Assembly (NCBI GenBank): GCA_032718475.1
Contig: JAUCBJ010003725.1
Coordinates: 1-51,954 of the forward strand
Reading direction: 5' to 3'
Source: Nemertoderma westbladi
Taxonomy: Eukaryota; Animalia; Xenacoelomorpha
DNA: 51,954 nucleotides
Both the position numbers and the translations under genes were made by a program. Below the pieces are notes generated by a model. That model had not been told where the DNA came from. It was given only the letters and a program-made list of their open reading frames with translations, and made no database searches. Below, piece by piece: positions 37,971-51,079 of this stretch. The number at the start of each line of letters is the position of its first letter. The stretch's first letter is position 1.

Positions 37971-40036
37971 GTCATAAGTCTGTCAGTCATAAGTCTGTCT
38001 GTCATTTTATTTTTTATTTTAATTTTTTATTCAGGTACCTGTTTCTCTGGAACCATTGTACCAAATTACATGAAATATTCACTATGTTCTTCTACTAATC
38101 CTTTATAGGTGGTACCACATTTAGACATGTCTGTTAGAAATTTCAAAAGTTACAGAACAAAAAACGACAAAAATACTTGTTTTTTCCACTCTTTAAAAAT
38201 AACTTTTTTCACTTTGAAATTTTATGGTGATCAAAATAATTTTTTTATTTATTCTGCTACCACGTCTGAGACATATGCAAAATTAATTCCGCTCCAAATT
38301 TCAAGCCATTCTGTTGAACCAATTCCTTAGAAGAGGTACATAAGCTTAATAGTCCAATGTATGGACAAACACGTGCCCTTAAACTACCGACAATTTTGTA
38401 ATAATTTTGTGGGATAGTTAAGTGGAACAAAAATTATGTAATAATTAAAAATTATTATAATTTGCACATAATGTTTATATACATATCAAATGTGTTTACT
38501 ATGTAGCCTATACCCTCCAGTTAGCAAGAATATTCCGGCTAAATTGCCTATAGTTTTAGGAGGCATTGGACTGGATAAATAAAATGATAATTATGTATTT
38601 ATTAAAAAAAATATAACTGTAATAATATCTAGTACTACAGTATACTCAAGATATCAGCAAACTACCACACACACACAACTAACAGACCAATTAATGACGA
38701 AGAAGCAAATAGAGTTTAACTATAGTGATGTGAGGATACAAGGTAAAACACTAACACCAAAACAATGATAAATCAAAACTTATTGCAAATACAAGTTGGC
38801 CTGGATTAAAAACCCAAACCAAACCAAACAACGTAAATGAAGTTGACTGGGTCAATTAATAACTATATAATCTAATTACCACTATGAATAGCGATACTGA
38901 ATGGGGGCTAAGGACAGATGTTCTCAAATGCACAATAAATGGGCTCATTGAGTTAATTACACCGAGGAGGTGACAGTAATGTAACCACTAAATGCCCAAT
39001 TTATACACATATCGTACTATAACGCACCAGTTTCTATTAATAGTCGTGGTTATTGACATAAATTCAATACGTCACGAATAATAAAAACTATAAAAAGCAG
39101 AATTAGCCAAGATGTAAGAGCTTGAATGAACTAAGCGACGCAAGCACAAATTGTATTCATTTAATAAACAGGAGAGGAAATATTATTCTCAAACATTTAT
39201 GTCACAAATAATATTATGTAATTTAACAAGACGGGACAAGATATTAATTTGCCGAGAAGGGATCCCCCACCCCCCCTGTCTCCTCACTTTTGATGAGTAT
39301 TTTGTTTATATATTTTGATGTTTCATCCCGAATTGTCAATAAAATAACTGATTAACTAAGCTACGATTTGATTTGCTGCAGCAGATGTTACCGCTAGTCT
39401 TCCTTCTGGGCCTAAACTACTTGCCAACGGGTGGTAGACTACCAGTCAGTGCGAACATGTGTTACACAGCCCTGCAAATAAATATCAACATGGAATTCAA
39501 AATAAATGTTTAACGTTTAAAGATGTTCTTTAGCCCTTTGCGTACCAAAGATAAATTACATAAATTTTTCCTACTACTTATCCTACCCCCAAAGGCGGCA
39601 CACTGCCGCCTTAATCATTTGTAACATAATTAATTATTGGCTAAATTGAATTTAAATTTCATGTGATTTCATAAATCATGTCATTTAAGAAACCATCAAA
39701 CCATTAGGAATAATCCCTTCAAGCAATATTATAACTATTCCAGACAAGTTTTTCCTGCCCAACACGAATATGAACTCCATTTTCCGCCGCAATAGTTATA
39801 AGAGGTTCTAAATAAAGGCGGCACCCTGCCGCCCCGGGGGTTATAATTATTTCTAAAGGTGACACACTGCCGCCTTAAGGAACATGGTCCTGAATTATTT
39901 AGAATGAAAAAGGCGGCAGCGTGCCCCCCTTTATAAGTATAAGTGGTAGGCAAAGGGTTAGTGTATGGCATGGCGTTAAAATAAACCGCACGATAAATAA
40001 TAACAAATAACAATAATTGCAAGCGACCACCACACG

Positions 40037-41300
40037 GAAATAACTCAAACACGGTCAATACGTAAAATAATAAGAAATAACTCAAACATCGGTCAATACG
40101 TAAAATAATAAGAAATAACACAAACACGGTCAATACGTAAAATTAAAAGAAATAACACAAACACGGTCAATACGTAAAATAATAAGAAATAACTCAAACA
40201 CGGTCAATACGTAAAATAATAAGAAATAACTCAAACATCGGTCAATACGTAAAATAATAAGAAATAACACAAACACGGTCAATACGTAAAATTAAAAGAA
40301 ATAACACAAACACGGTCAATACGTAAAATAATAAGAAATAACACAAACACGGTCAATACGTAAAATTAAAAGAAATAACACAAACACGGTCAATACGTAA
40401 AATTAAAAGAAATAACACAAACATGGTCAATACGTAAAATAATAAGAAATAACACAAACACGGTCAATACGTAAAATAATAAGAAATAACACAAACACGG
40501 TCAATACGTAAAATTAAAAGAAATAACACAAACACGGTCAATACGTAAAATAATAAGAAATAACACAAACACGGTCAATACGTAAAATTAAAAGAAATAA
40601 CACAAACACGGTCAATACGTAAAATTAAAAGAAATAACACAAACATGGTCAATACGTAAAATAATAAGAAATAACACAAACACGGTCAATACGTAAAATA
40701 ATAAGAAATAACACAAACACGGTCAATACGTAAAATTAAAAGAAATAACACAAACACGGTCAATACGTAAAATTAAAAGAAATAACACAAACATGGTCAA
40801 TACGTAAAATAATAAGAAATAACTCAAACATCGGTCAATACGTAAAATAATAAGAAATAACACAAACACGGTCAATACGTAAAATTAAAAGAAATAACAC
40901 AAACACGGTCAATACGTAAAATTAAAAGAAATAACACAAACATGGTCAATACGTAAAATAATAAGAAATAACTCAAACATCGGTCAATACGTAAAATAAT
41001 AAGAAATAACACAAACACGGTCAATACGTAAAATTAAAAGAAATAACACAAACATGGTCAATACGTAAAATAATAAGAAATAACACAAAAAATATCGGTC
41101 AATACGTAAAATAATAAGAAATAACACAAACATGGTCAATACGTAAAATAATAAGAAATAACTCAAACACGGTCAATACGTAAAATAATAAGAAATAACA
41201 CAAATATCGGTCAATACGTAAAATAATAAGAAATAACACAAACATGGTCAATACGTAAAATAATAAGAAATAACTCAAACATCGGTCAATAGGTAAAAAC
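40037..41300. repeat. 37-bp minisatellite, ~34 copies (copy 3)
   Basis: Expanded paralogue of 27133-27650. Confidence 0.95.
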
Positions 41301-42811
41301 ATAAAGAACATTAAAAACCAAAACGCATGGAAACCTCAATATGAAGCTGAAAAATGCGATAAAATCACGGGACAGTGATTGGTTCTCCTTTTTGGGATGT
41401 CCCCGAAAAATTAACCAATACAATTAGTTCTTCAGCTGCCAATGGTATCAAAGCAAATACTCATTATGGAAAACTTACATGGAAATTATACAAAGAGGCT
41501 CAGAAGAAATGACAAAAGACGACATAGAGACGGTGAGATAGTAATAGAAGATAAATAGATAGCTACAACAAACAAGCCTTATTTGTTTTGTATAACTATA
41601 GTTGAATAATAATTAATCCCACATTACCTAACAGAGTTCTTCTTTCACAAATACAGGGATGATGATCTATTTATTCCCTTCACGAGACTGGATAACTTTA
41701 CGCGTTGGGGACTTTTGATTAAAATGCCGTCTGATCGAATCAATGATGTTAAATAAGAATTCAAGGAAAGGAACAAGTTTTATAGTAAAATATATAGTAT
41801 ATAGTATAGTAGTAGTATAGTATATAGTAAAATTAAACATTTTTTTAATTCTTGACGGAAAAATTACAATTTTGATGGTATAAGAGTTTTCGAGGTCGCT
41901 AGTCACAATAAAACTTGTTAAAACTATTTTCTGGCTTTGCAACTATAATTTTTGGTGCTATTCTAGTCTCCCAGGACGAAAAGTACATGCAAAAAAAATT
42001 TCAAAAAAACAAATGTTGTAGTTGGATGGATAATTCTGAACCTACAGGGGTCGCTGAAAAATATTGTGGTAGTGTGAATTAAATTTTTACAATTTGTGCT
42101 ACTTGTAGTTTTCGTGCCAAAATGGCACCTAATAAAAAGTACCATAATCAATGAGAAATTAACATTTTGAGCATCATATTCAGGTACGCAGAAAACCCAT
42201 AAAGCCATAAAATCAGGTTGATTTGTTAATGATTTATGATTATCAAATATGTGATAGTAGGCCAGGCCTACTTGTATTTTTCGTGCCACTTTTGCACGAA
42301 AATGCTATAATGAAAATGATGTCCAAAAATGCTACAATGATTCGGATATGATCTTTGAGAGTGTCATATTCATGATCAGCGGTATACGGACGTTTCGGCC
42401 TAAGACGCTTCGGTCCGGACGATTCGGCCTGGACGTTTTGGTCCGAACGATTCGGCCTGGACGTTTCGGCCCATGATTGTAAGTGAATGAAAAGGCCATC
42501 GCCAAGGTGTTTTTTTTCTATTATAATAATTATTCTTTAAAATTAAAATTATTTCACAATAACATACAAACACTTTATAAAATATTTTTATGAAAAGGCT
42601 ATTTCATTTACCTTTATTTCAAAATAAAATAAACATTATGCATGTGGTGCCCTGGTTCTATAAACAATTCGCAACCAATTATGTTATTACATTAGTTTAT
42701 TATTTATAAATATAATGTAGAACTTGGATCTTAACGACTTTCCAATAGTTGGATCAGTTCCTATTTGAAAACTGCTGATGAGCTGCAATGAGGATGACAT
42801 ACTGTATATTA

Positions 42812-44238
42812 TAACGAACCTGTCTTTAGACTGGGTAGTTTTTGTCTAAAGCTGAGGCCGGCAAAAACACGATGGATATATTTACCTATATCACTATATA
42901 TGTCACTATATCACTCACTATGTATGTTCACCAAATGGCTTGAAACCACTTGCATGCATTGTAAAATTGTAAACGCAAGTATTTATCAATTGTTGTCTAG
43001 TTGTTGAATAAAAAAGTTGGGAACGATTCGAAGTGCGATATTCGAAATATTTGCATATTTTCAACATTATTGAACGCGAAATTAAATACCCACAACTCCC
43101 TTGCTTGAAATGTTTTTCAGGTGATTGATATTTAGCAATTATTATGAGGTTACTTACTACTGAAATCTGACAGAATGCCAAACGTATTATTATAGTTCTA
43201 TCTCTATTCAGCCAGTTAGTGTAATGTCAAGCAGTACATCATTTATATATCGTATGTATCTATAGGGCTTATTGTCATCGTTATAATACTGTCATCATCT
43301 CAGGCTAAGCTCAATTGTAATGCAAAGGCTTAGTAGGTTTTGTATATCTGGGACGTTTACAACAGCTGTCGATTAAACTAACAAAACCATAAAATCGAAA
43401 TATTCTGGACGATGATGAAAATGTGTAACTTGTTCGTTTCGTTGATTATTATATTATATTAAAATATTGAGCAAAAATACAAAATATATTTCAATGGCTA
43501 AGGGCCAACATTGTCAATAATCCTAAAACAGTAATACTACTATATGATATAACTCTGTAAATACCTATAAAATTGAGATGTGATTGTATGATAATATAAT
43601 AATAGGCCTACAACAGTACCGGTACCAACATACGTAATGCAGTAACACATAGTGTACGGTAAATAAACTATATAAAGCACAACCTACATGTATGCAATAT
43701 TGTATGACTCCCCCCCCCCCCCCCCCCCCGGCCCGCCCATGTTTATTTCTATATTTTTTTAATTTTGTTTAGGAATCCTCCGCCTTCAAGTACCGCTACG
43801 CTTAAATGGTCAACCTCTACTGATAGCCTTTTATTGATTGCCCGTGGGCCTAGTGATTTAATGTATAAACTTTCCAAAATCAGCCTACCGTATAAGTCCG
43901 TGACCCTACCTATAACTGACGCCCGATCCCATGCTGGTATGTGTCCTGTTTCTATGCGGTTCTTCTTTATTTTATTTATCTAATACAGAAAAGACCCCTC
44001 CGCAGAATAAACTGCTCTTTTGGGCCGTTTCTCAGGTTGCGGATATGGATACCATTTCACACATCATCGTAGTAATTGTGATTATGATTTGTTTGCCTAG
44101 GCGAATGTGTATTACATTAGATGGGAGGCAGTTTTTTGGTTGATGCAAGTCATTCTTGGTTTGCATCTTCCAATCCCATCTGTTTCTTGGAGTCTGTGTA
44201 AGACAGGTTCGTTTAAAGCCATCTTGATGGCGTTCTAG
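42812..44238 (+). mobile_element. 1,427-bp non-autonomous Helentron/HINE-like rolling-circle element
   Basis: 14-bp subterminal IR aacgaacctgtctt (42813) / aagacaggttcgtt (44200), then hairpin gccatc-tt-gatggc and CTAG end; inserted at A|T without TSD; empty sites at 28930/28931 and 34585/34586. Confidence 0.8.
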
Positions 44239-47200
44239 TTTAAAAATAGTAGAATAGCATAATAATTGAAGTAAAATAAAGTAATTGATTTAAACACCGG
44301 TAGCAATTCTAGAACAGGTGATATCTTGTTTATCAAATATGTTCGAAGTTCTTTAGCGCGAAGGCAGCATAGCGCAAAATTAACATTATGACGATTGACG
44401 AACAATATCCCGTAATAATTTAGTTGTTGCAAATCTTATTTTTTTATACTATACAGAAGCTTCTGCAAATAAACATAGTAAAATAAAATAAAAATATAAA
44501 ATGAAATAAAATAAAATAAAACTACTGAGGCAAATTTATTTGTGTCAGGTTTTATAACCGTATCATTATAACCTTCTGGGACAGGCGATAATATATGTAT
44601 AACAGCGATTGGAGGTTAAACAGCAGTCCTATTTAAATTAATGACTGGGTATTATGCATAATCTTCTACATATTACATTGCGTAGACTAAACTTTTTACT
44701 TGACTTATTTAAGGGACTATGGATGTAATGGATGCGATTGGAGCATTAGTTTGCGCTGTTGGTGTTAAACGAATCCTCCAATAACAAGTATAAATTGATC
44801 TATATAGTTGAACTATATACAATTGATACAATTAAGTAATAAAATGGACTAATTACATTGATCTTACAGCTTATCCTTGCAAAATTTTATTTAACATTCC
44901 TACATTCACTTCTTGCCGTAGACATGAGATCATTTCTGGTAAATAGCTGAACAATAGCTCTTTCAGCACATTAGGTAATATTCTAATAGTGCAGGTTGAG
45001 ATGAATGTTTCTGATTCTCTTTGTAATATAAAGGGATATATTTTCGTTATTACCGCGTTTGACGTTTCCGCGTAGGTCTACTAGCCTACTAGCCTACGAG
45101 TCGTAGGTAGATGAAGAAATGCAATTTCGTGTGGAACTTTCATAAAACATAAAATTATCGTTTTTGGGGCTTGTCTGGTGTGATGAAAAATACAAGTAGC
45201 ATAAAAATTGATTCTGGTCGGATAATTCAGAATAGGGGTTTCCGAGGTCGCTGATCACAATATAACTAATATAACAACAATATAATAGTACCATAATCAT
45301 TCAAAAATGAAATTTTTGAGAGTCGTATACGGATCCGGGTACGCAGAAAAACCATAAGGCTATAAAATCAAGTTGATTTGTTAATAATTTATGATTATCA
45401 AATGTGGTACTTGTATTTTTCATGCAACTTTGGCACATGTCCAAAAATGCCACAATGAATAGGATATGATATGATATGATCAGCATCCCGGAAAACCTCT
45501 AATATCATAAAATCTATTTGATTTGGTGGTGACTTTTAATTGTCATATTCTATAATCGTGATTAGGATCCAAAAACCGCTATATAACTCAAATAAATAAA
45601 TTTTAGTTAGCCCAAAAAACTTTTGAAAATTTTCGCACGAAAAATATTGGAGATGGGTGCCAGAAAGGGATCACGCAGCACAAAAACTAACATAGCTATG
45701 TTTTTGTTGTTTGCGCTGGTGGATAGCCCATTGAATTTTAAGAAAAGACGCGAAATCTCGGTATTCCCACCAAACCTGGCTCAAAGATACAGATGAATTA
45801 CAAAAATATTTATAAAATGACCAGACTACCCCCGGGCCAAAAATAACAGAGAATTCAATTTCATATTTTTTCCAAAAACCTATAACCTTGTCCAAAAGTT
45901 TAGTTCTTAGGCTCATACCTAAAAACCTACGTTGACCAAACACCTATGGTTTCGGGTCATTAGGTCCTTTTGTGCAATATCCTGGTGTCGTTAAAGGAAA
46001 GGAGCAGGTTACAGGACAGTGACATGTTATTCGAACCAAAACAATAAACGAGCGTCAATTGTACATGTTACAGTTTAATTTATGCTGAGAATAAATAGAT
46101 TTTTGGTAAGAAATTTGCTGTTAACAGAAATAAAACTACTGTACTATGCAACACCTAACGCTAACGACGCAGAACCTGTACGAAGTGCAATTACGTTTTA
46201 TATTAAGTTTAGGTTGGCGTGGTGTATTTGTTACCTGCAAAGCTTTATGGGAAATCCTATGTTATTTTGAACATAATTGTACATAATTTAACAATATTAG
46301 TTGCACTAATAGCAAATATCAAACTAGTTAGCAACCTGGTAATTCCGGTAAAATTCCGGAAACAGAATCGGGCAAAAACCGCCGGAATTCCGGTTGGAAC
46401 GGAATACCGGGAGATCCTCAATTTTAACCAAAACAATAAACGAGAGTACAAGTTACAATTTAATGTTTGCCCGTAATCAGAGGTTTTGTGTCGATTTCCC
46501 CTGGACATGGTATAAATTTTGACTGACCTGGCAGGATAAAATACTCTCTCTATCGCTAAATATAGTCGTCGTTATTTACCATAAAATGAGATAATCTTAA
46601 ATAGCCAGCTAGCCAGGGCTCGCTGAATAACGATGTCAATTAATTATGAACAAAAATTCGAATTAAATAAATGGTTTCCGTGAAAAAAATATAAAATTAT
46701 AATAAAAAATATAAAATGAAACTAAAAAATGAAAATAGATGACCTTTACAATAAATATTAAATGAATGACGTAAAAGTAATAAAAAATAGAAGAAATGCA
46801 ATCAATGCCAATGTCACAATGGAATCAATAAAAGAGATTCTGTACAACATGTTGTATAGACAGAATCATTGGGGAGTCGACATCAATTCATGGCCCCCGT
46901 CAATCAACACCTCTCCTTAATTAGGTTACCCCAAACCCAAAGTCTGGAACAAACCGGTACCTACTGGCACGATACTTCGCGGCAATCAATAGCTTCGATT
47001 GGCAGACTGAGGAATAATTATCGTTGATAATAAATGAGGCAATGGTTTAGTGGCGAAAACATAAACCGAAATTCTTCAAAAATGTCTTAACTTATAAATG
47101 GAAGGCTAAATTGAGATGCGAAAACGCACACAATTTTTTGATAATCCAAATTTTTTCCTTTCTTTCGATTTTGTAAAAAAATCTCACCTGTAAGTAATTA

Positions 47201-49574
47201 TATATGCTGAAAATATAGGCGGAAATTTGCGTATGAATAACTATTTATTCTAGCCAGTTTAATTCGAAATTAAGATAAGATCATCATGTAATACGTAATC
47301 TGGTATTGTTGAAAAAAAAAATAGGCATAGAAAATATCACGAGCAAAACTATAATCGCACTGAACAGAGAACAAAGATTTATTTTTTTTATTATTAAAAG
47401 TGTTATTATTTACAGTTTAATGTTGTTGTTGTATTTATTATTTAGTGTTATTATACTAGAATGTATTGTAAATTACTGGCTTGTAATGGAAATACATACA
47501 GCTTTCGTCCACCCATGTTTCAGATATTTCTCAACATATTTAATATAAAATAAATTCACCTCTAGCAGGTGCCAATAAATTACTTACTACAAGGACAACA
47601 AATTACTTGCGATATTTTCAAGTCTTGAAATTTATAACCAATAACCGTTATCACATATCCACTTAGTGTTAACAGATGAAAAATAATACAAATAAAAACG
47701 AATAAAAATAAAATTAAATTTGTTCGTAACTAACAAATTAACATTTTAACATAATAAAGTGAAACTTTTCCGGAAAATTAAGGCTAAACCAAAATATACG
47801 TTGGATAATAAATAGCCGTTTTTGGTGTGCGATATTTTTTCCATCTAACTAATATGCCTATTGTAATTTATTGTAGTCAAAGTATTCAGTATTCAAATCA
47901 GATAACCTACAGTCTAATAATCCATTACATTTATAAAAAAGTTTAATACTGCCAAATTCAACACAAACAATATATCTTCGTATGTTGTCCCCAGCATACA
48001 GACATAATAATAACTCATTGATATGATATAAATTGCAACATATATATAACATTAAAATAAATAAATGTACAGTGAAGTATTTATAGTTACGAAAATTATA
48101 TATGGGAGATTGTAAACCGGAAAACGTAAAGAAATCTCAGAAGTTAGTAGTCGGAGTTATACTAATAAGGACGTCAGAGTAGCCTAGAATCCTAGAGTGG
48201 GTTTATATAACTCTCAGAGACTATATTATAACTTTATGGATATACGTCCCCCATCAGATATATGGGAGAGGATTTACAAAACGCGACACGATCGAATCTG
48301 CCAAGTAGGTTGCGATATGACGCGCCGACAAAGTGGCACATCAATCTGGCGGGATCATGCGATAAATATAAGTGAAGGATGTCGGGATTAACAGTCAGAT
48401 ATGTTTGAGTAACGCGGCATAATAACTTTGTAAATATAATCACTACTTACCTACCCTACCCCATTGAGTCATCGCTATGCTTCAGTTAATAAATAACTGT
48501 AACATGAATATAACATACGAAAATACGGGCCGTTTTTTCTCAGCGAGTCATTCCTGTGAAAAAATTATTTTTATCTGAAAAGTCCACATTTTTTCACACT
48601 AAAATTTCTAGAAAACAGAACAAAAGTGCATCTTTCGACTACTTCCTATCACTAGATTTGTGGTAGAAATTGCAAAATTGTAGCTCAATCGACCGACAGG
48701 GTGCTGTGTTATTAGTTCGAGACCTGATGGCAGGGAAATAATAAAATATGGGCAGTAAAACATTAAAGTGCTAATTATGAACAATGGAGAATTTAATTTT
48801 ATTTATTTGTGGGGAATTATTTGTAGTTTTGTACTTAAAACTTTCTAGAACAACTAAATATTGACGTTTTGACATTCCTGCATACTGGAAATACTGTACA
48901 TCGTAAATCAAGGTCGTTAATGTACGGCCTATATTAATGTAGTGCTAAATTAATTTTTTTCACCGGAAACGAGTTTTATAAATATAGGCCCTAATAGATA
49001 AAAAAAGGATAAATTTGTTGTAGATAAAATAGTTGTTGATAAAAGAAAAACGTGTCAGAAATAACTGCAATTTAGGTGCAATTCTTGCAAAACCTAAAAC
49101 TCTCGGACAGCATAATTGAATTTGGGTAAATTAAAATTAGTGACAAAAACTGCTTTTTTCCGAGACTGTTCTCTTATCGAAGAACATTACTTTTCTCAGC
49201 AAGTCCAAATATAGATCAGAAATATTATATCTTTGCACTTTTTCATCACTAAATTCCCTACTACGTTTTTATTTTTTACTCAATTTCCATTAAACATATA
49301 CCAAAATGTTTAGCATCTTTACGGCTACAATTGTGAATATTGGTTTGTAAAACATGGCCATTTGGATCTTCTAGAACCGATTTTGTAACTGCTACACTTT
49401 GTCTATCACAAAATAGTACTTAGTACTTATTTACACGCAGCCATCCAACGAAATACTTTATATGTCCTTCGCAACATTTTCACAATTTCAGTTGCTTTTA
49501 GAAGCGTTTTCTTTTGAAATGGTTTGCGGAAAAATATAAATTTTCGGGCCATTTTTGGAAATTACTAAAATGTG

Positions 49575-49607
49575 CCTTAGGGCCACCAGAGCCTTAATCC
49601 GGCACTG
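49575..49607. mobile_element. Solo hAT-like terminus
   Basis: gggccaccagagccttaatccggcactg; reverse complement CAGTGCCGGATTA resembles hAT-type TIRs; partner end not found. Confidence 0.35.
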
Positions 49608-50315
49608 GGTATACACATTCACGAACCCTGTCGTCACTATTTATTTTGTGTTGTAATAATGTTCACCGGTTTTGTTGGAGTATATCTGTAGGGCCTATTA
49701 TATCACGCTAGCAGTTTGTTTGGCAGCGCTACTGTCGCTATATTAAACTGAGGACAGATATATAGTTAACGTTCGTGGGGCCTTCAGCTTTCCCAGCCAA
49801 TAATATCGAGGGATAAAGGTTATTAAAATTTTCAAAATAGGGGGAAAGAGAGGACGGGGTTAATAAGTCATACTTTAATTGCAATTTTATTTAAATATAG
49901 GGGAACAAGCATTAAAAATAAGGGGAAAAAAATAAAATTTAAACCCTGAGAAGGCAGGGCTTTCGCTCAGCACGTGGCGCATTTATTGGCACTCGTACAG
50001 CTCGTTATGATCGTTACTCTAACAAATACATAATATAACGTATTTCCCATCGTTTTTCTTAACATGAAGGGGAGTATCTATGGCCCGAACAGAGGGTGGT
50101 ATCATTTGATATCGCATTAATTAATGGTGAGATTAATCGGTCGATGGTCACCATCCTCGAAAAAAGGGTGGTACCTTCCTTATTGCTCTTAAGAAGCAAG
50201 AAGGTACCGTGCACTACACTGCGGTATGCGAGGACAGACGGATGGAACTTCTTCAACCCCACCCTCCTTGTCGGTACTACCAACGAGGTGAGGTGTAAGG
50301 GTTTTATGGGTGGTT

Positions 50316-51060
50316 TAGGTGGTTCCTATGGGGGTGGTTTACGTGGTTCCGATGGGGGTGGTTTACGTGGTTCCGATGGGGGTGGTTTACGTGGTTCCGG
50401 TGGGGGTGGTTTACGTGGTTCCGGTGGGGGTGGTTTACGTGGTTCCTATGGGGGTGGTTTACGTGGTTCCGATGCGGGTGGTTTACGTGGTTCCGATGGG
50501 GGTGGTTTACGTGGTTCCGGTGGGGGTGGTTTACGTGGTTCCGGTGGGGGTGGTTTACGTGGTTCCTATGGGGGTGGTTTACGTGGTTCCGATGCGGGTG
50601 GTTTACGTGGTTCTGATGGGGTGGTTTACGTGGTTCCTATGGGGGTGGTTTACGTGGTTCCTATGGGGGTGGTTTACGTGGTTCCGGTGGGGGTGGTTTA
50701 CGTGGTTCCGGTGGGGTGGTAGACGTGGTTCCGAGGGCACTCGCTTTCAGAGATGGGGGTGGTTTACGTGGTTCCTATGGGAGTGGTTTACGTGGTTCCG
50801 GTGGGGTGGTAGACGTGGTTCCGAGGGCACTCGCTTTCAGAGATGGGGGTGGTTTAAGTGGTTCCTATGGGGGTGGTTTACGTGGTTCCGGTGGGGTGGT
50901 AGACGTGGTTCCGAGGGCACTCGCTTTCAGAGATGGGGGTGGTTTACGTGGTTCCTATGGGGGTGGTTTACGTGGTTCCGGTGGGGTGGTAGACGTGGTT
51001 CCAAGGGTACTAGGTTTCGGGTATGGGGGTGGTTTACGAGGTTCCCACGGGGGTGGTTTA
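50316..51060. repeat. G-rich 24-bp minisatellite (ggtggtttacgtggttccgatggg) grading into a 90-bp higher-order unit
   Basis: 24-bp period to ~50710; agacgtggtt recurs at 50721, 50811, 50901 and 50991. Confidence 0.95.
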
Positions 51061-51079
51061 ACCCCCCCCCCCCCCCCCC

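Larger units (their letters stand above)
36356..47137 (+). repeat. Segmental tandem duplication, copy 3 (longest, with extra segments)
   Basis: Restarts at ctggacaataagtagc (=~23799); extra blocks at ~42148-42411, 42812-44238 and ~45268-46377. Confidence 0.95.

Noticed and set aside
26918-44432. Triplicated small ORFs (103/103/132 aa; 83/83/65 aa) as a gene cluster
   Set aside because: Identity reflects the segmental duplication; they start in minisatellites or at non-ATG codons and are disrupted by indels between copies
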